A stretch of DNA of 64,000 bases from an uncultured Desulfatitalea sp. (GCA_963668675.2 CAXXMB010000001.1:1536001-1600000); one strand, 5' to 3'. Shown: positions 11,143-24,540, counted from the first letter of the stretch. The notes: a model not told the origin generated them from the sequence alone. Numbers and translations are program-made.

Positions 11143-11361
11143 CTATTTCGACCTGTATGTGATGCGGCCTCGGGAAAGATCGTACGGAGAAAGCTCCACC
11201 GTAACCTTGTCTCCAGGGAGAATTTTAATAAAATGCATGCGCATTTTCCCGCTGATGTGGGCCAGAACCTGGTGTTTGTTCTCCAATTCCACTTTGAACA
11301 TTGCATTGGGCAGTGTCTCTAGCACAACACCCTCCACCCTAATCGGTTCTTCCTTGGCCAT
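11143..11361 (-). CDS. infA: Translation initiation factor IF-1
   Basis: [44 protein letters not shown]. Confidence 0.98.
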   Translation of the reverse strand: MAKEEPIRVEGVVLETLPNAMFKVELENKHQVLAHISGKMRMHFIKILPGDKVTVELSPYDLSRGRITYRSK

Positions 11362-11427
11362 GTTTCCCCCTGTTTGCCGGTTTTACAAGAAAAAGACTTC
11401 GCTAAAATAAAACGCCGTCTCTCATTT

Positions 11428-12738
11428 TCACCTTCGTCCCCGCATGCTGCCTTTTTTGAGAAAACCCTCGTAGTGTCGCGTCAACATATGGGACTCCATT
11501 TGTGCAATGGTGTCGATTGCGACGCCGACAACAATGAGCAAGGCCGTGCCGCCAAAATAAAACGGTACATTAAACTGCCCGATCAAGATGGTCGGCAGGA
11601 CACATACGGCGGAAACATAGACGGCGCCACCAAGTGTAATGCGGGTCAAGACGCGATCGATATAATCGGCAGTGCGCTTCCCGGGTCGTATACCTGGTAT
11701 AAACCCACCATTCTTTTTCATATTATCGGCAACATCAACAGGGTTGAATGTCACGGCTGTATAAAAGTAGCAGAAAAATACGATAAACCCAACAAACACG
11801 ATGTTATAGTAGATCCCACCCGGTTGCACGGCATCCGAGATGCTTTTGAGCCATCCCACTTCCGCAAATTGGGCGATCGTTGCCGGAAACATCAATATCG
11901 ATGAGGCAAAAATCGGTGGAATGACGCCGGACGAATTGATCTTCAGCGGCAAATGGGTGCTCTGCCCACCATACATGCGCCGGCCTACGACGCGCTTCGC
12001 ATACTGAACCGGTATCCTTCTCTGCCCCTGCTCTACAAAAATAATAAATCCGATTACGCCAATCATCACCACGGTGAGAATGATCAATCCGAAAATATTG
12101 AACTCCTCCTGCTGTACAAGCCGGAAGGTGTTGCCGATGGCTGCCGGCATGCGGGCCACGATACCGGCAAAAATGATCAACGAGATCCCGTTACCGATTC
12201 CCCTTTCGGTAATCTGCTCGCCCAGCCACATGATGAATGCGGTCCCTGCGGTGAGCGTAATCACCGTCATCAACCGGAAATCCCAGCCCGGATCGAAGAC
12301 AACGCCAACCCCGGTTGGTGAGGTCTGCCCTTCGAGACCCACGGCGATGCCGAAGCCCTGGATCACACTCAGCAGGACGGTTCCGTAACGCGTGTATTGG
12401 GTTATCTTTTTTCTTCCCTGCTCCCCCTCCTTCTTGAGCTCTTCAAGATGCGGGATCACTACGGTAAGGAGCTGAAGGATAATGGATGCGCTGATGTAGG
12501 GCATGATACCAAGCGCAAATACCGAGAGCTGTTCCAGGGCACCGCCGGTAAACATGTTGAAGACCCCAAAGATGGTCCCCTGCATGGAGGCAAAGAGATC
12601 TCTCAACGCATTGGTATTGATTCCCGGCGTCGGTACATATACGCCAATACGATAAACGGACAGCAGTGCCGCAGTAAAGAAAATGCGCTGCCGCAACTCG
12701 GGAATTTTAAAAAGATTGCCGAAACCGCTGCCTACCAT
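11428..12738 (-). CDS. secY: Preprotein translocase subunit SecY
   Basis: [55 protein letters not shown]. Confidence 0.98.
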   Translation of the reverse strand: MVGSGFGNLFKIPELRQRIFFTAALLSVYRIGVYVPTPGINTNALRDLFASMQGTIFGVFNMFTGGALEQLSVFALGIMPYISASIILQLLTVVIPHLEELKKEGEQGRKKITQYTRYGTVLLSVIQGFGIAVGLEGQTSPTGVGVVFDPGWDFRLMTVITLTAGTAFIMWLGEQITERGIGNGISLIIFAGIVARMPAAIGNTFRLVQQEEFNIFGLIILTVVMIGVIGFIIFVEQGQRRIPVQYAKRVVGRRMYGGQSTHLPLKINSSGVIPPIFASSILMFPATIAQFAEVGWLKSISDAVQPGGIYYNIVFVGFIVFFCYFYTAVTFNPVDVADNMKKNGGFIPGIRPGKRTADYIDRVLTRITLGGAVYVSAVCVLPTILIGQFNVPFYFGGTALLIVVGVAIDTIAQMESHMLTRHYEGFLKKGSMRGRR

Positions 12739-13179
12739 TTAGATAACCTCTACAGTACCACCGGCCGCTTCGATCTTCTCTTTTGCGCTACGGCTGACAG
12801 CGTCCAATTTAACGGTTAGCGGAACAGTGATGTCTCCTTGCCCCAAAAGCTTGATGCCGTCCCATCGTCCCTTGACCAGCCCACTGCGCACCAGTTCTGT
12901 CTGATCGACGACCGAGCCCGATTCGAAGCCTTCCAAATCCTTCAGGTTGATCACCGCAACGTCTTTCTTGAAGATGTTGGTGAAGCCCCTTTTGGGAAGA
13001 CGCCGGTGGATGGGCATCTGGCCACCCTCATAACCGGGCCTTGCACCTCCGCCAGAACGGGAATTCAGGCCCTTGGTACCGCGACCAGCGGTTTTACCCT
13101 GGCCGGATGCCACGCCTCTTCCTTTGCGCTTACGATTCTTGGTCGCGTTTTTGGCAGGTTTTAATTCATGCAACTTCAT
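12739..13179 (-). CDS. rplO: 50S ribosomal protein L15
   Basis: [26 protein letters not shown]. Confidence 0.97.
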   Translation of the reverse strand: MKLHELKPAKNATKNRKRKGRGVASGQGKTAGRGTKGLNSRSGGGARPGYEGGQMPIHRRLPKRGFTNIFKKDVAVINLKDLEGFESGSVVDQTELVRSGLVKGRWDGIKLLGQGDITVPLTVKLDAVSRSAKEKIEAAGGTVEVI

Positions 13180-13364
13180 TATTTTATCTCCTCAGCCGAT
13201 ACCAGATGCGACACCTTTTGAATCATACCCCGGATGGCCGGCGTATCTTCTAATTGAACTGTCTTGTTGATCTTGGTCAGGCCCATTCCGCGCAACACCT
13301 TACGATGCTTTTCGGGTCTGCCGATCATACTCTTCGTGAGGGTAATGTTAAGTTTGCCTGACAT
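13179..13364 (-). CDS. rpmD: 50S ribosomal protein L30
   Basis: [11 protein letters not shown]...[16 protein letters not shown]; position. Confidence 0.95.
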   Translation of the reverse strand: MSGKLNITLTKSMIGRPEKHRKVLRGMGLTKINKTVQLEDTPAIRGMIQKVSHLVSAEEIK

Positions 13365-13376
13365 GTGCTTTGTCCC

Positions 13377-13874
13377 TTAATTAAGATCCTGTGCCTGCAA
13401 CCCGCGACGTGCAGCCACCTGTTCTGCACTTTGCAGTTGCTGCAGCCCCTCAATTGTTGCCTTGACGACGTTGTGCGGGTTATTCGTCCCCATGCATTTG
13501 GTCAGAATGTTTTGAATGCCGACAGCTTCCAGCACGGCCCGAACCGCTCCACCGGCAATCACGCCGGTACCCTCCGATGCCGGCTTCAACATCACGCGCC
13601 CGGCGCCAAATCTACCGATCACCTTGTAAGGGATGGTCCCTTCCTTCAGCGGAACCGCAGCCATATTCCTTTTGGCTTTTTCAACACCCTTGCGAATAGC
13701 TTCAGGCACCTCGCCAGCTTTTCCGAGACCGCATCCAACACTGCCCTGACCGTCTCCGACAACAACAATCGCGCTGAAGCTGAACCGACGACCACCCTTA
13801 ACGACCTTGGCGACACGGCTGATATGCACAACCTTGTCAATTAATTCGTTTTCATCGACTTCTTTTTTATACAA
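13377..13874 (-). CDS. rpsE: 30S ribosomal protein S5
   Basis: [37 protein letters not shown] start. Confidence 0.97.
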   Translation of the reverse strand: MYKKEVDENELIDKVVHISRVAKVVKGGRRFSFSAIVVVGDGQGSVGCGLGKAGEVPEAIRKGVEKAKRNMAAVPLKEGTIPYKVIGRFGAGRVMLKPASEGTGVIAGGAVRAVLEAVGIQNILTKCMGTNNPHNVVKATIEGLQQLQSAEQVAARRGLQAQDLN

Positions 13875-13908
13875 GGGTTTTCCTCCTTATATTCGTTATA
13901 TCTACCGG

Positions 13909-14277
13909 CTAAAAACTGAGTCCAGCTTCGCGCGCACCTTCTGAGACCGCTTTAATCCTGCCATGGTACAAAAACCCATTACGGTCGAAAACGACCTGTT
14001 TGATTCCTTTATCCAGGGCACGCTGGGCTACAAGTTTGCCGATAAATCCGGCTGCGGCTTTCTTGTTTTCAAATTTTGGCTGCTCTTTGAAGGTGTTCTC
14101 CACGCTCGATGCCGCAACAAGGGTAACTCCAGAGGCATCGTCGATCACCTGCGCGTAGATGTGCTTTGCGCTTCTAAAGACGGATAGTCTTGGGCGATCC
14201 GATGTTCCCGTCAGCTTTTTACGAATTCGCGCCTTACGCTTGTTTCGGGCGACTTCTCTTGTATTTGTCGAACTCAT
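13909..14277 (-). CDS. rplR: 50S ribosomal protein L18
   Basis: RPRLSVFRSAKHIYAQVIDD, VFDRNGFLYHGR. Confidence 0.97.
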   Translation of the reverse strand: MSSTNTREVARNKRKARIRKKLTGTSDRPRLSVFRSAKHIYAQVIDDASGVTLVAASSVENTFKEQPKFENKKAAAGFIGKLVAQRALDKGIKQVVFDRNGFLYHGRIKAVSEGAREAGLSF

Positions 14278-14351
14278 GGCGATCCCCGCTAAATTCTTCA
14301 ACCAGATGAACCAATGGTTGCCATTATGGTTTCATTGTATCGGTGTGTTAT

Positions 14352-14891
14352 CTATTTGGTGCCTGTTTTGCCTGCCTTGCGTTGAATATACTCCTCGGCA
14401 TACTTGATGCCTTTTCCCTTATAGGGCTCAGGTGGACGCAGTTGTCGAATCCTTGCAGCCGTCTGCCCAAGAAGATGCTTGTCGATACCAGCAAGTTTGA
14501 CAACGTTATTCTTCTCTACGGTCGCCGTAATACCGTCAGGTAGAGGAAAATCAATGGGATGGGAGTATCCGAGATTGAAAAGAATGCTTTTACCTTTGGC
14601 CTCTGCGCGATAACCGATGCCATTGATCTCAAGTACACGCTCATAGCCTTCGCTCACGCCGGTCACCATGTTGCTGACCAAGCTTCGCGTCATACCCTGC
14701 AAGGCACGTGTTTTGCGGTCTTCCGTTTTCATGACCACTTCGATAACGTCTTTCTCAATCTTAAGATCGACATCCGGGTGAACCGTATGGGTCAGTTTGC
14801 CATTCTTCCCCTGTACCGTGATCGTGCCATCTTTGTAGTTGATGGTCGTTTTTTCGGGTACAGAAATGGGCTTCTTTCCTACTCGCGACAT
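14352..14891 (-). CDS. rplF: 50S ribosomal protein L6
   Basis: MSRVGKKPI, LGYSHP, RPPEPYKGKGIKY. Confidence 0.97.
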   Translation of the reverse strand: MSRVGKKPISVPEKTTINYKDGTITVQGKNGKLTHTVHPDVDLKIEKDVIEVVMKTEDRKTRALQGMTRSLVSNMVTGVSEGYERVLEINGIGYRAEAKGKSILFNLGYSHPIDFPLPDGITATVEKNNVVKLAGIDKHLLGQTAARIRQLRPPEPYKGKGIKYAEEYIQRKAGKTGTK

Positions 14892-15008
14892 CTTTCCACC
14901 TCTATGTTCCAGCTATATGCGCCGGAGATATAACTCCGTTGCTCTCTGTTAGGGGAGGTGACTCCCCATGTTGACCCCATCCGGACGCGCCAGGCAATGC
15001 ACCACGTT

Positions 15009-15407
15009 TTAAAATATGGTACAGAGAACCTCGCCACCGATGTTGTCTTTCCTTGCTTGCCTGTCAGACACGATTCCCTTGGACGTTGATAGTATCGCCA
15101 CACCCAAACCGTTGTAAAACGGCTTGATGTCTCTGGCACCGACGTAGATGCGGCGGGAGGGTTTGCTGACACGCTTCATCTCAAGAATGACATGGGACTG
15201 GTTATCCCCATACTTCAAGTAGATCCGCAGTATGCCCTGCTTGCCGTCTTTTATGAATTTATAATTGCGAATATACCCTTCACTCTTCATCACCTTGGCG
15301 AGCTCGGTCTTCATCTTGGAGCCCGGGATATCCACACTGTTTAACTTCGCTTTCCCGGCATTACGTATCCGGGTCAGCATGTCGGCAATTGGATCAGTGA
15401 TCGCCAT
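15009..15407 (-). CDS. rpsH: 30S ribosomal protein S8
   Basis: TDPIADMLTRIRNA, RVSKPSRRIY, STSKG. Confidence 0.97.
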   Translation of the reverse strand: MAITDPIADMLTRIRNAGKAKLNSVDIPGSKMKTELAKVMKSEGYIRNYKFIKDGKQGILRIYLKYGDNQSHVILEMKRVSKPSRRIYVGARDIKPFYNGLGVAILSTSKGIVSDRQARKDNIGGEVLCTIF

Positions 15408-15482
15408 CTTATTCTCCGTTTAACTCAAGTTCGTTGCCTGTTTTTTTTGCTAATAAGGAGGTAGTCGCCCACGCGGGGATTA

Positions 15483-15668
15483 CTACCAGCTTGATTTCAC
15501 CACACCCGGCAGCTTACCCAAAGATGCCATCTTGCGAAAACAGATGCGGCATATGCCGAATTTGCGGATGAACGCGCGCGGCCGCCCGCAAAGGGGGCAG
15601 CGGTTATAAGCTCTTACATTGAATTTGGGCTTACGCTGCGCTTTCATACGTAATGATGTCTTGGCCAA
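15483..15668 (-). CDS. rpsN: 30S ribosomal protein S14 (61-aa zinc-binding type Z)
   Basis: RCPLCGRPR...ICRICFR...[12 protein letters not shown] start. Confidence 0.96.
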   Translation of the reverse strand: MAKTSLRMKAQRKPKFNVRAYNRCPLCGRPRAFIRKFGICRICFRKMASLGKLPGVVKSSW

Positions 15669-15689
15669 AACTCCCTCCTTAAAACCTCT

Positions 15690-16229
15690 TTATTTGCGAA
15701 AAGGCATGCCCATAAGGGTCAGCAACTCACGACCCTCTTCGTCGTTGTTGGCGGTGGTTACAATACTGATATTCATACCCTTGATCTTATCGATTTTGTC
15801 ATAATCGATCTCGGGAAAAATAATGTGCTCCTTGATTCCTAAGGAATAATTGCCGGCACCGTCAAAGGCCTTTGCTGAAATCCCCCGGAAGTCCCTGACG
15901 CGTGGCAGGGCAACGTTGATCAATTTTTCAAGGAAATCATACATTCGCTTGCGACGCAGTGTCACCATGCATCCGATGGGCATACCGGCACGAAGCTTAA
16001 AAGCAGCTATGGACTTTTTGGCCCGTGTGATGACCGGATGCTGACCGGCAATGGCTGTGAGCTCTTCTACGGCGGTATCCAAAATTTTGATATTTTGAAT
16101 GGCCTCCCCCAGCCCCATGTTCAGGACAACCTTGTTAATCTTCGGTATCTGATTAACGTTGCTGTACTGAAACTTCTCTTTGAGCTGGGGGGCTATCTCT
16201 TCTTCATATTTCGTTTGAAGCTGTGACAT
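15690..16229 (-). CDS. rplE: 50S ribosomal protein L5
   Basis: [32 protein letters not shown]. Confidence 0.97.
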   Translation of the reverse strand: MSQLQTKYEEEIAPQLKEKFQYSNVNQIPKINKVVLNMGLGEAIQNIKILDTAVEELTAIAGQHPVITRAKKSIAAFKLRAGMPIGCMVTLRRKRMYDFLEKLINVALPRVRDFRGISAKAFDGAGNYSLGIKEHIIFPEIDYDKIDKIKGMNISIVTTANNDEEGRELLTLMGMPFRK

Positions 16230-16267
16230 TCCAATCCTCCGCGAGATTGTGCCTGAATCAATTGCCT

Positions 16268-16597
16268 TTAGGCGTCAATCTGCTCATTGCACTTACGGCA
16301 AATGCGCACTTTTTTGCCGTCATCGAGCCGTTGCATTTTGACACGAACCGGTTTAACGCACTTGTTACATACCAGCATAACGTTTGACCAATGCAGCGGT
16401 GCTTCACTTTCCACTATCCCGCCTTGCCGGTTTTGGGCTGTCGGCCTCTGATGGCGCTTGGCAATGTTGACATGCTCGACCAGTATGCGCTCTTTTTTGC
16501 GATCAACTTTGATCACCTTGCCGATCTTTCCCTTATCCTTACCGGCGATGACCTTAACCTTGTCATTTTTTTTCAAATTGCATTTATATCGCTGCAT
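16268..16597 (-). CDS. rplX: 50S ribosomal protein L24
   Basis: [34 protein letters not shown] at 16597 sits behind GGAG; 16612 is an alternative start. Confidence 0.95.
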   Translation of the reverse strand: MQRYKCNLKKNDKVKVIAGKDKGKIGKVIKVDRKKERILVEHVNIAKRHQRPTAQNRQGGIVESEAPLHWSNVMLVCNKCVKPVRVKMQRLDDGKKVRICRKCNEQIDA

Positions 16598-16614
16598 TTG
16601 GCTGTACTCCATCG

Positions 16615-16983
16615 CTATAAGACCTCGGGGGCCAGCGAAACGATCTTCATGAAGCGTTTGGCACGCAGTTCCCTGGCGACAGGGCCAAAAATACGCGTTC
16701 CCAAAGGCTCGCGCTGGTTGTTAATAAGGACCGCGGAATTGTCATCAAAACGAATGTAGGAACCGTCGGGACGCCGTATCTCCTTGGAGGTACGCACTAC
16801 AACGGCTTTATGTACATCGCCTTTTTTGACTTTTGCATTGGGGATGGCGTCCTTCACAGAAACAACGATCACATCTCCGATACTTGCATACCGGCGGCGC
16901 GACCCCCCCAGAACTTTGATGCAGTACAATACGCGTGCCCCGGAGTTATCTGCCACGGTAAGTCTGGTTTCGCTCTGAATCAT
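16615..16983 (-). CDS. rplN: 50S ribosomal protein L14
   Basis: [29 protein letters not shown]. Confidence 0.98.
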   Translation of the reverse strand: MIQSETRLTVADNSGARVLYCIKVLGGSRRRYASIGDVIVVSVKDAIPNAKVKKGDVHKAVVVRTSKEIRRPDGSYIRFDDNSAVLINNQREPLGTRIFGPVARELRAKRFMKIVSLAPEVL

Positions 16984-17001
16984 GTTTTTATCCCTCTACT
17001 A

Positions 17002-17259
17002 TTAGACCGCTTTCTCAATGATCCGGCTGACGCGCCAACGCTTTGTTTTGCTCAATGGGCGTGATTGGGTAATGAGCACCCGATCGCCGATACTGCATTC
17101 GTTGTCTTTGTCGTGGGCCATGTATTTATGCTGCCTGCGAATATATTTCTTGTACAATGGGTGCTTGACCAATCGCTCAACCACCACCACCACCGTTTTA
17201 TCCATTTTGTTGCTGACGATGGTCCCCGTGACTTCTCTCTTCGTTCCACGTGTATTCAT
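17002..17259 (-). CDS. rpsQ: 30S ribosomal protein S17
   Basis: [25 protein letters not shown]. Confidence 0.97.
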   Translation of the reverse strand: MNTRGTKREVTGTIVSNKMDKTVVVVVERLVKHPLYKKYIRRQHKYMAHDKDNECSIGDRVLITQSRPLSKTKRWRVSRIIEKAV

Positions 17260-17270
17260 TATATTCGCCC

Positions 17271-17480
17271 CTAATTATCCATCTGCTTGGGGTTACGCGC
17301 CATCTCGCCAAGTATCGTGTAAATGCGCGCGATATCCTTCTGGACAAGCTTGATCTTACGCGGATTCTCAAGCTGACCGATGCCATGCTGAAAACGCAGA
17401 TTGAACAGTTCCTTTTGCAATTCAGTCAGCTTTTGCCGCATTTCATCCTGGCTGAGCGCTTTGATATCGTCGACTTTCAT
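17271..17480 (-). CDS. rpmC: 50S ribosomal protein L29
   Basis: ELFNLRFQ...GQLENP...KDIARIYT. Confidence 0.95.
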   Translation of the reverse strand: MKVDDIKALSQDEMRQKLTELQKELFNLRFQHGIGQLENPRKIKLVQKDIARIYTILGEMARNPKQMDN

Positions 17481-17893
17481 ATCAGTTCGCTCCTCTCCAC
17501 GAAACGGGTTTTAACAGAAAGCTTATGTGCGGCAAGCCGCAGCGCTTCATGAGCCATCTCCCGGGAAACCCCTGACATTTCGTAAAGCATCAAGCCGGGG
17601 CGAATGACGGCCACCCATCCCTCGGGTGCACCCTTCCCTTTACCCATTCGGACTTCGGCCGGCTTCTTAGTTAAAGGCTTGTCCGGAAACACTCGAATCC
17701 ATATCTTGCCACCCCTCTTTACATGGCGGGTCATGGCGATACGAGCGGCTTCTATCTGCTTCGAACTGATGTAGCCGCAATCGATGGCCTGCAATCCGTA
17801 TTCACCAAAGTTGAGAGTCGCTCCGCGTCGGGCCGTTCCTCTCATTTTGCCTTTTTGCTGTTTACGAAATTTTACTTTCTTTGGGCTTAGCAT
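17477..17893 (-). CDS. rplP: 50S ribosomal protein L16
   Basis: [29 protein letters not shown]. Confidence 0.97.
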   Translation of the reverse strand: MLSPKKVKFRKQQKGKMRGTARRGATLNFGEYGLQAIDCGYISSKQIEAARIAMTRHVKRGGKIWIRVFPDKPLTKKPAEVRMGKGKGAPEGWVAVIRPGLMLYEMSGVSREMAHEALRLAAHKLSVKTRFVERSELI

Positions 17894-17969
17894 AACTACC
17901 ACTCTCCTGGTTCAGGGTATCCGGCGTAGGCCTGTTGTCAGTGAGCGCCTGAACCTCAGTTTAAAGCTG

Positions 17970-18620
17970 TTAGCTCTCGATCTGCGAATCGTCCTTTTTA
18001 AGAATTTCTCCCTTGAAGATAAAAACCTTAACGCCAATGGCCCCATAGGTCGTACGCGCCTCTGTAAAACCGTAATCGATATCGGCTCTCAGTGTATGCA
18101 GCGGAACACGCCCTTCTCGGTACCACTCTGTGCGCGCCATCTCCGCGCCCCCCAGACGTCCTGCACAGATGATCTTGATGCCCTGGGCGCCAAATCGGAT
18201 GGCTGAGGTCACGCCACGCTTCATGGCACGGCGAAAAGCGACGCGTCTTTCTATCTGCATGGCCACATTCTCAGCGACAAGCTGGGCATCGATTTCAGGT
18301 TTACGAACTTCCTGTATGTCAATCAACACCTCTTGGGAGACTTTGCTTTCGAGCTCCTGCTTGAGCCTTTCAATTTCAGAGCCTTTTTTGCCGATAACGA
18401 TGCCTGGCCTGGCCGTATAGATACGCAGCCTGATGCGCTTGGCTGAGCGTTCGATTTCGACACGCGATATACCTGCGTGATACAACTTTTTCTTTACATA
18501 GTTGCGAAGTTCAAAATCCTGCTGAATATAATCGGCGTATTTCTTGTCTGAGTACCACTTGGATTCCCAGGTTTTGACAATACCCAGCCTTAATCCTATG
18601 GGGTTTACTTTTTGGCCCAA
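17970..18620 (-). CDS. rpsC: 30S ribosomal protein S3
   Basis: [41 protein letters not shown] start. Confidence 0.98.
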   Translation of the reverse strand: MGQKVNPIGLRLGIVKTWESKWYSDKKYADYIQQDFELRNYVKKKLYHAGISRVEIERSAKRIRLRIYTARPGIVIGKKGSEIERLKQELESKVSQEVLIDIQEVRKPEIDAQLVAENVAMQIERRVAFRRAMKRGVTSAIRFGAQGIKIICAGRLGGAEMARTEWYREGRVPLHTLRADIDYGFTEARTTYGAIGVKVFIFKGEILKKDDSQIES

Positions 18621-18644
18621 GCTGTTTCCTCCTCTAAATTACGA

Positions 18645-18977
18645 CTACGCTTCGGTCAGAATGACCGTCACATGACTGGTTCGCTTAATGATGCGAGTAC
18701 CACGTCCTCGTGCTCTGGCCCGAAATCTCTTCAAGCTCGGACCGCAATCGGCGATGAGGTTCCCCACAATCAGATCGTCAATATCGATGTCAGCGATCTG
18801 ATCCGCATTGGCAACCGCTGATTGCAACACTTTTTCTACGATGCCAGCTGCTTTCTGAGGCATAAACTTTATCGTAGCGAGTGCCCTCTCGACCGGTTTT
18901 CCTTTTATGGCATCACTAATGAGCCTGACCTTCTGCGGTGAGATGCGCACATATTTGGCGACTGCTCTGACCTCCAT
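18645..18977 (-). CDS. rplV: 50S ribosomal protein L22
   Basis: [26 protein letters not shown]. Confidence 0.97.
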   Translation of the reverse strand: MEVRAVAKYVRISPQKVRLISDAIKGKPVERALATIKFMPQKAAGIVEKVLQSAVANADQIADIDIDDLIVGNLIADCGPSLKRFRARARGRGTRIIKRTSHVTVILTEA

Positions 18978-19000
18978 TTTGCTGCTCCTTAAATCCTGGC

Positions 19001-19279
19001 CTATTTCTTTTTGGATTTTCTATCTGCGGCATGTCCGTAATAGGTCCGGGTAGGTGAAAACTCACCTAGCTTATGCCCCACCATATTTTCGGTCACAAAC
19101 ACAGGAATAAATTTGCGCCCGTTATGAACTGCCAGGGTTAGCCCCACCATTTCAGGAATGATCGTAGACCGGCGTGACCAGGTTTTGATAACGCGGTTGC
19201 TGCGACTCTCCTGTGAAACCAGGACTTTCCTCATCAGCTTGTCTTCTATGAACGGACCTTTTTTTAATGACCGTGGCAT
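19001..19279 (-). CDS. rpsS: 30S ribosomal protein S19
   Basis: [29 protein letters not shown]. Confidence 0.98.
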   Translation of the reverse strand: MPRSLKKGPFIEDKLMRKVLVSQESRSNRVIKTWSRRSTIIPEMVGLTLAVHNGRKFIPVFVTENMVGHKLGEFSPTRTYYGHAADRKSKKK

Positions 19280-19356
19280 ATCTTCTCCTGTACATCCCGC
19301 AATTGATCTAAGCTATTCAGGTCTATCGCTTTTACACTTAACATAACAGTTTTATA

Positions 19357-20178
19357 CTATTTCCTGCGCTTGACAATGTAACGATCGGTCGATTTATTTT
19401 TTCGCGTTCGATATCCCTTGGTGGGTTGACCCCAGGGCGAGCAGGGATGCCGACCGCCCGAGGAGCGGCCTTCACCGCCTCCCATGGGATGGTCTACCGG
19501 GTTCATGGCAACACCGCGCACTTTCGGGCGACGCCCGAGCCATCTTTTTCGACCTGCCTTGCCCATGTCGAGGTTTTCATGCTCGACATTTCCGATCTGG
19601 CCTATGGTTGCTTTGCATCTGAGCAGCACCATCCGAACTTCACCGGACGGCAGTTTGATCAGTGCGTAAGGATCCTCTTTGGCCATCAGTTGAGCATAAG
19701 TGCCGGCACTGCGAACAATTTGCCCCCCCTTGCCCAACTTGAGTTCTATATTGTGAATCTGGGTACCCAGGGGGATATTGGCCAGTGGCAGAGCGTTACC
19801 AGGTTGAATATCTGCCTCCGGACCTGACAGGATGACGTCGCCCACACTGATTTTGGCCGGTGCCAGTATGTATCTCTTCTCCCCATCTGCATAGTGGAGA
19901 AGGGCAATGCGAGCACTTCGGTTTGGATCATATTCGATCGCCGCAACTTTTGCCGGTATACCGTCTTTGTCCCGCTTGAAATCGATGATCCGATAATAGC
20001 GTTTATGTCCGCCGCCGCGCCACCTTACAGTAACACGCCCGCGGTTGTTACGCCCACCGCTCCGTTTGATGATTTTCAGAAGACTTTTTTCCGGAGATTT
20101 TTTGGTGATCTCGTTAAAGTCGGAAAAAGTCTGAAATCTTCTTCCCGGTGATGTCGGTTGAACTCTCTTGATTCCCAT
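19357..20178 (-). CDS. rplB: 50S ribosomal protein L2
   Basis: [31 protein letters not shown]. Confidence 0.98.
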   Translation of the reverse strand: MGIKRVQPTSPGRRFQTFSDFNEITKKSPEKSLLKIIKRSGGRNNRGRVTVRWRGGGHKRYYRIIDFKRDKDGIPAKVAAIEYDPNRSARIALLHYADGEKRYILAPAKISVGDVILSGPEADIQPGNALPLANIPLGTQIHNIELKLGKGGQIVRSAGTYAQLMAKEDPYALIKLPSGEVRMVLLRCKATIGQIGNVEHENLDMGKAGRKRWLGRRPKVRGVAMNPVDHPMGGGEGRSSGGRHPCSPWGQPTKGYRTRKNKSTDRYIVKRRK

Positions 20179-20195
20179 ATCTATAACTCCCGGCC

Positions 20196-20483
20196 TTAGG
20201 CCCCTTCAAAAAACTCGATGTGCTGGCCCGGCATCAGTTTGACAATGGCTTTCTTCCAGCTGCGTCGCTTTCCCAATATTCTACCTCGCCGTTTGAACTT
20301 TCCCTGCACATGCATGGTACGAATATCAGCCACTTTCACGTTAAAGATCTGTTCGACCGCACGCTTGACTTCGATGCGGTTTGCCTTGGCATCGACTTCG
20401 AAAGTGACTTGGTTATGTTGATCTTTCTGGATGTTGGTCTTTTCCGTGAGGATAGGCCGCCTGATGATATTGTAGTCGATCAT
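20196..20483 (-). CDS. rplW: 50S ribosomal protein L23
   Basis: [24 protein letters not shown]. Confidence 0.96.
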   Translation of the reverse strand: MIDYNIIRRPILTEKTNIQKDQHNQVTFEVDAKANRIEVKRAVEQIFNVKVADIRTMHVQGKFKRRGRILGKRRSWKKAIVKLMPGQHIEFFEGA

Positions 20484-21103
20484 TTGAGCAGTCTCCCTTC
20501 GATGCCCTTTATGGCGCCTTCGAGCAGAACTAATTTTTCGTACTTGAGAATGTCGTAAACATTGAGCCCTTCAGTGCGCATCACTTTAACTCCGGGCACA
20601 TTTCGTGAAGACAACTCCAAGTTATTATCGGGCTGGTCGATCACAATCAGTGCATTGTTGACCTTAAGTTTATCGACGGCTGCGCAAAAGTCCTTGGTCT
20701 TGATCTCCGCCAGCTCCATTTTATCGAGAACCAGCAGCTCTTCCTCTTTATGCTTGCAGGTGAGAGCCATTTTCAGTGCCAGTTTACGAACTTTTTTGGT
20801 AATCTTTTGTTCGTAGGAGCGCGGATGTGGTCCAAAGACAACACCGCCTCCTCGAAGCAGTGGCGATTTAGCGTCACCGCGACGCGCCCGGCCTGTTCCC
20901 TTCTGCCGATAAAGCTTGCGAGTGCTGCCTCTAATTTCGGAGCGATTCTTTACTTTAGCCGTCCCGGATCGCTTCTTGGCCAACTGCGCCTTGACCACTT
21001 GATGCAACACACTGCGCTTCACCGGAACGTCAAATATCTCGTCCGGCAAATCGGCCTGGGATACTTTGTCTCCCTGAATGTTTAAGACATCTACTGTTGC
21101 CAT
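20480..21103 (-). CDS. rplD: 50S ribosomal protein L4
   Basis: [23 protein letters not shown] at 21103 (MATVDV) behind GAGGA. Confidence 0.96.
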   Translation of the reverse strand: MATVDVLNIQGDKVSQADLPDEIFDVPVKRSVLHQVVKAQLAKKRSGTAKVKNRSEIRGSTRKLYRQKGTGRARRGDAKSPLLRGGGVVFGPHPRSYEQKITKKVRKLALKMALTCKHKEEELLVLDKMELAEIKTKDFCAAVDKLKVNNALIVIDQPDNNLELSSRNVPGVKVMRTEGLNVYDILKYEKLVLLEGAIKGIEGRLLK

Positions 21104-21181
21104 GCTATTCCTCATTGAGAGCCATTTCCGTCGGTATCGGCAACCCAAACGTATTGCCGGAGCCATTTCGGCTGGCCGTCG

Positions 21182-21820
21182 TTATTTCTTATCGGCGAAT
21201 TTCGGCTTTCGAATCATTACAAAAGCCTCCCGATGCCCAGGTATTGCCCCTTTAATCAAAATCAGGTTTTCTTCCGGACGGACATCGACGACTTCCAGAT
21301 TACGGATGGTTTTCCGATCTGAGCCATAGCGTCCTGGCATCTTCTTCCCTTTGGTCACCTTCGCCGGCCAAGCACTGCATCCGATAGAGCCCGGGATACG
21401 ATGACACTTCCCGCCATGCGTAGCACGTCCGCCACCGAATCCATGACGCTTCATTACACCTGAAAACCCGCGACCTTTACTCTTTCCGATCACATCGACC
21501 TTCTCCCCGATTTCAAAAAGATCCGGTCCGATGCTCTGCCCTAACGAAAATGCCTCGGGATCTTCCACCTCTACTTCTTTTATTTGATAGAAGCATTGGC
21601 CACCGCTTTTTTGAAAATGCCCCTGCTGAGGCTTGGTCGTTCGTCGGGCTTTCTTTGCGTCAAACCCAAGCTGGAGTGCATTGTATCCATCGTTGGCCAC
21701 GGTTTTGATCTGCGTGACCACACAGGGCCCGGCCAGAATCACAGTGACCGGTACATATTGACCATCTTCGGTGAAGATGCTCGTCATACCCAATTTTTTA
21801 CCAATCAGTCCTTTGCTCAT
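21182..21820 (-). CDS. rplC: 50S ribosomal protein L3
   Basis: [35 protein letters not shown]. Confidence 0.97.
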   Translation of the reverse strand: MSKGLIGKKLGMTSIFTEDGQYVPVTVILAGPCVVTQIKTVANDGYNALQLGFDAKKARRTTKPQQGHFQKSGGQCFYQIKEVEVEDPEAFSLGQSIGPDLFEIGEKVDVIGKSKGRGFSGVMKRHGFGGGRATHGGKCHRIPGSIGCSAWPAKVTKGKKMPGRYGSDRKTIRNLEVVDVRPEENLILIKGAIPGHREAFVMIRKPKFADKK

Positions 21821-21837
21821 GGCTTTAATATCCTAAG

Positions 21838-22149
21838 CTACAGTTTGATCTCCACGTCCACACCGGGAGACAGGTCGAGCTTCATCAGCGCATCCACGGT
21901 CTGTTGTGTCGGCTCTAAAATGTCCAACATCCGCTTGTGGGTCCGCATCTCGAACTGCTCACGGGATTTCTTGTCGACGTGAGGTGATCGAAGCACACAA
22001 AACTTGTTTATCTTCGTCGGCAATGGGATAGGCCCCACCACCTTGGCGCCCGTTTTTCTGGCGGTGTCGAGTATATCCGTTGCAGACTGATCCAATAATT
22101 TGTGATCGTATGCTTTCAGCCTTATCCTGATTTTAGCGTTCATTATCAT
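21838..22149 (-). CDS. rpsJ: 30S ribosomal protein S10
   Basis: [29 protein letters not shown]. The true start may be ATG 22143. Confidence 0.97.
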   Translation of the reverse strand: MIMNAKIRIRLKAYDHKLLDQSATDILDTARKTGAKVVGPIPLPTKINKFCVLRSPHVDKKSREQFEMRTHKRMLDILEPTQQTVDALMKLDLSPGVDVEIKL

Positions 22150-22161
22150 GGGTTTTCTTTC

Positions 22162-23355
<1,194 letters not shown>

Positions 23356-23467
23356 CTCGTCCCTCCCCAAATCGGGCTATCGATTAGACAAAAGAATAGG
23401 TTTTAAATATCTCCTAATACACGAATCGCGGAGTTTAAAACCTATTGCGGGTTCTGTCGTGTTCCTC

Positions 23468-23938
23468 TTACCAGCGGTAGTGAGCAAACGCCTTGTTTGC
23501 CTCAGCCATCTTGTGGGTGTCTTCCCTCTTCTTAACTGCCCCGCCGCGACTATTGGCTGCGTCCATCAGTTCCCCAGCCAGTTTTGCCGCAAAACCGAGT
23601 TCGGAACGATTTCGTGCATAGCTGATCAACCACCTTATCGCCAATGCCGTACGCCTCGACGGCCTTATTTCGGTCGGCACCTGATAGGTCGAACCGCCGA
23701 CTCGACGGGATTTGACCTCAATCATGGGGCGTACATTATCGAGCGCTTGCTCGAAAACCTTCAAAGGCATGTTCTTGGCTTTTTGCTCGATGATATCAAA
23801 AGCATTATACATCAATGACTCGGCGATACTTTTCTTTCCATCGCGCATCAGTGAAGCCATGAATTTGGCCACCAACTTACTGTTGAATTTGGCATCAGGG
23901 ATTATAACCCTTACCGGAACTTCTCTTCTTCTTGGCAT
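23468..23938 (-). CDS. rpsG: 30S ribosomal protein S7
   Basis: [27 protein letters not shown]. Confidence 0.98.
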   Translation of the reverse strand: MPRRREVPVRVIIPDAKFNSKLVAKFMASLMRDGKKSIAESLMYNAFDIIEQKAKNMPLKVFEQALDNVRPMIEVKSRRVGGSTYQVPTEIRPSRRTALAIRWLISYARNRSELGFAAKLAGELMDAANSRGGAVKKREDTHKMAEANKAFAHYRW

Positions 23939-23978
23939 ATGTTACACCATCGTCTGACTGTCGTTCGTAGGTTATGGC

Positions 23979-24350
23979 CTATTTGGGCTTCTTAGCACCA
24001 TATTTGGATCGCCCTTGACGACGATCTTCAACACCGAGGGTATCCAACGTTCCGCGCACAATGTGATAACGCACACCGGGCAAATCTTTGACACGCCCAC
24101 CTCGAACCAGAACCACCGAGTGCTCTTGCAGGTTGTGCCCGATTCCGGGAATATAGGCCGTCACTTCAATCCCTGTGGTCAACCGTACACGGGCGACCTT
24201 ACGTAGCGCCGAGTTTGGTTTTTTGGGGGTGGATGTATAAACACGCGTACAAACACCTCTTTTTTGCGGCGCTCCCTTGAGAGCGGGCGTGTTGGTCTTT
24301 TTCTTGACCCGTTTGCGCCCTTTTTTAACTAATTGGTTGATCGTCGGCAT
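23979..24350 (-). CDS. rpsL: 30S ribosomal protein S12
   Basis: [30 protein letters not shown]. Confidence 0.98.
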   Translation of the reverse strand: MPTINQLVKKGRKRVKKKTNTPALKGAPQKRGVCTRVYTSTPKKPNSALRKVARVRLTTGIEVTAYIPGIGHNLQEHSVVLVRGGRVKDLPGVRYHIVRGTLDTLGVEDRRQGRSKYGAKKPK

Positions 24351-24420
24351 TTTCTATTTCTAACCCCTATTTTTTCAATGATTTTCAACACGGGATAAGC
24401 GCTTACGGAAAAAGCGGATT

Positions 24421-24447
24421 AGTATACAGATAACCGTATATTGTCAA
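24421..24447 (-). promoter_or_regulatory. Candidate sigma70 promoter for rpsL
   Basis: Minus-strand TTGACA (24442-24447) and TATACT (24421-24426). Spacer is only 15 nt, so uncertain. Confidence 0.4.
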
Positions 24448-24540
24448 GAGTTTTTCCCTCAGCTCGATTCTTTTTTGGTATCTCGCTGAACAGCGCTCCC
24501 TTCTGCGCCTCCCGTTTTGCATACAATACCGTCTATATCC

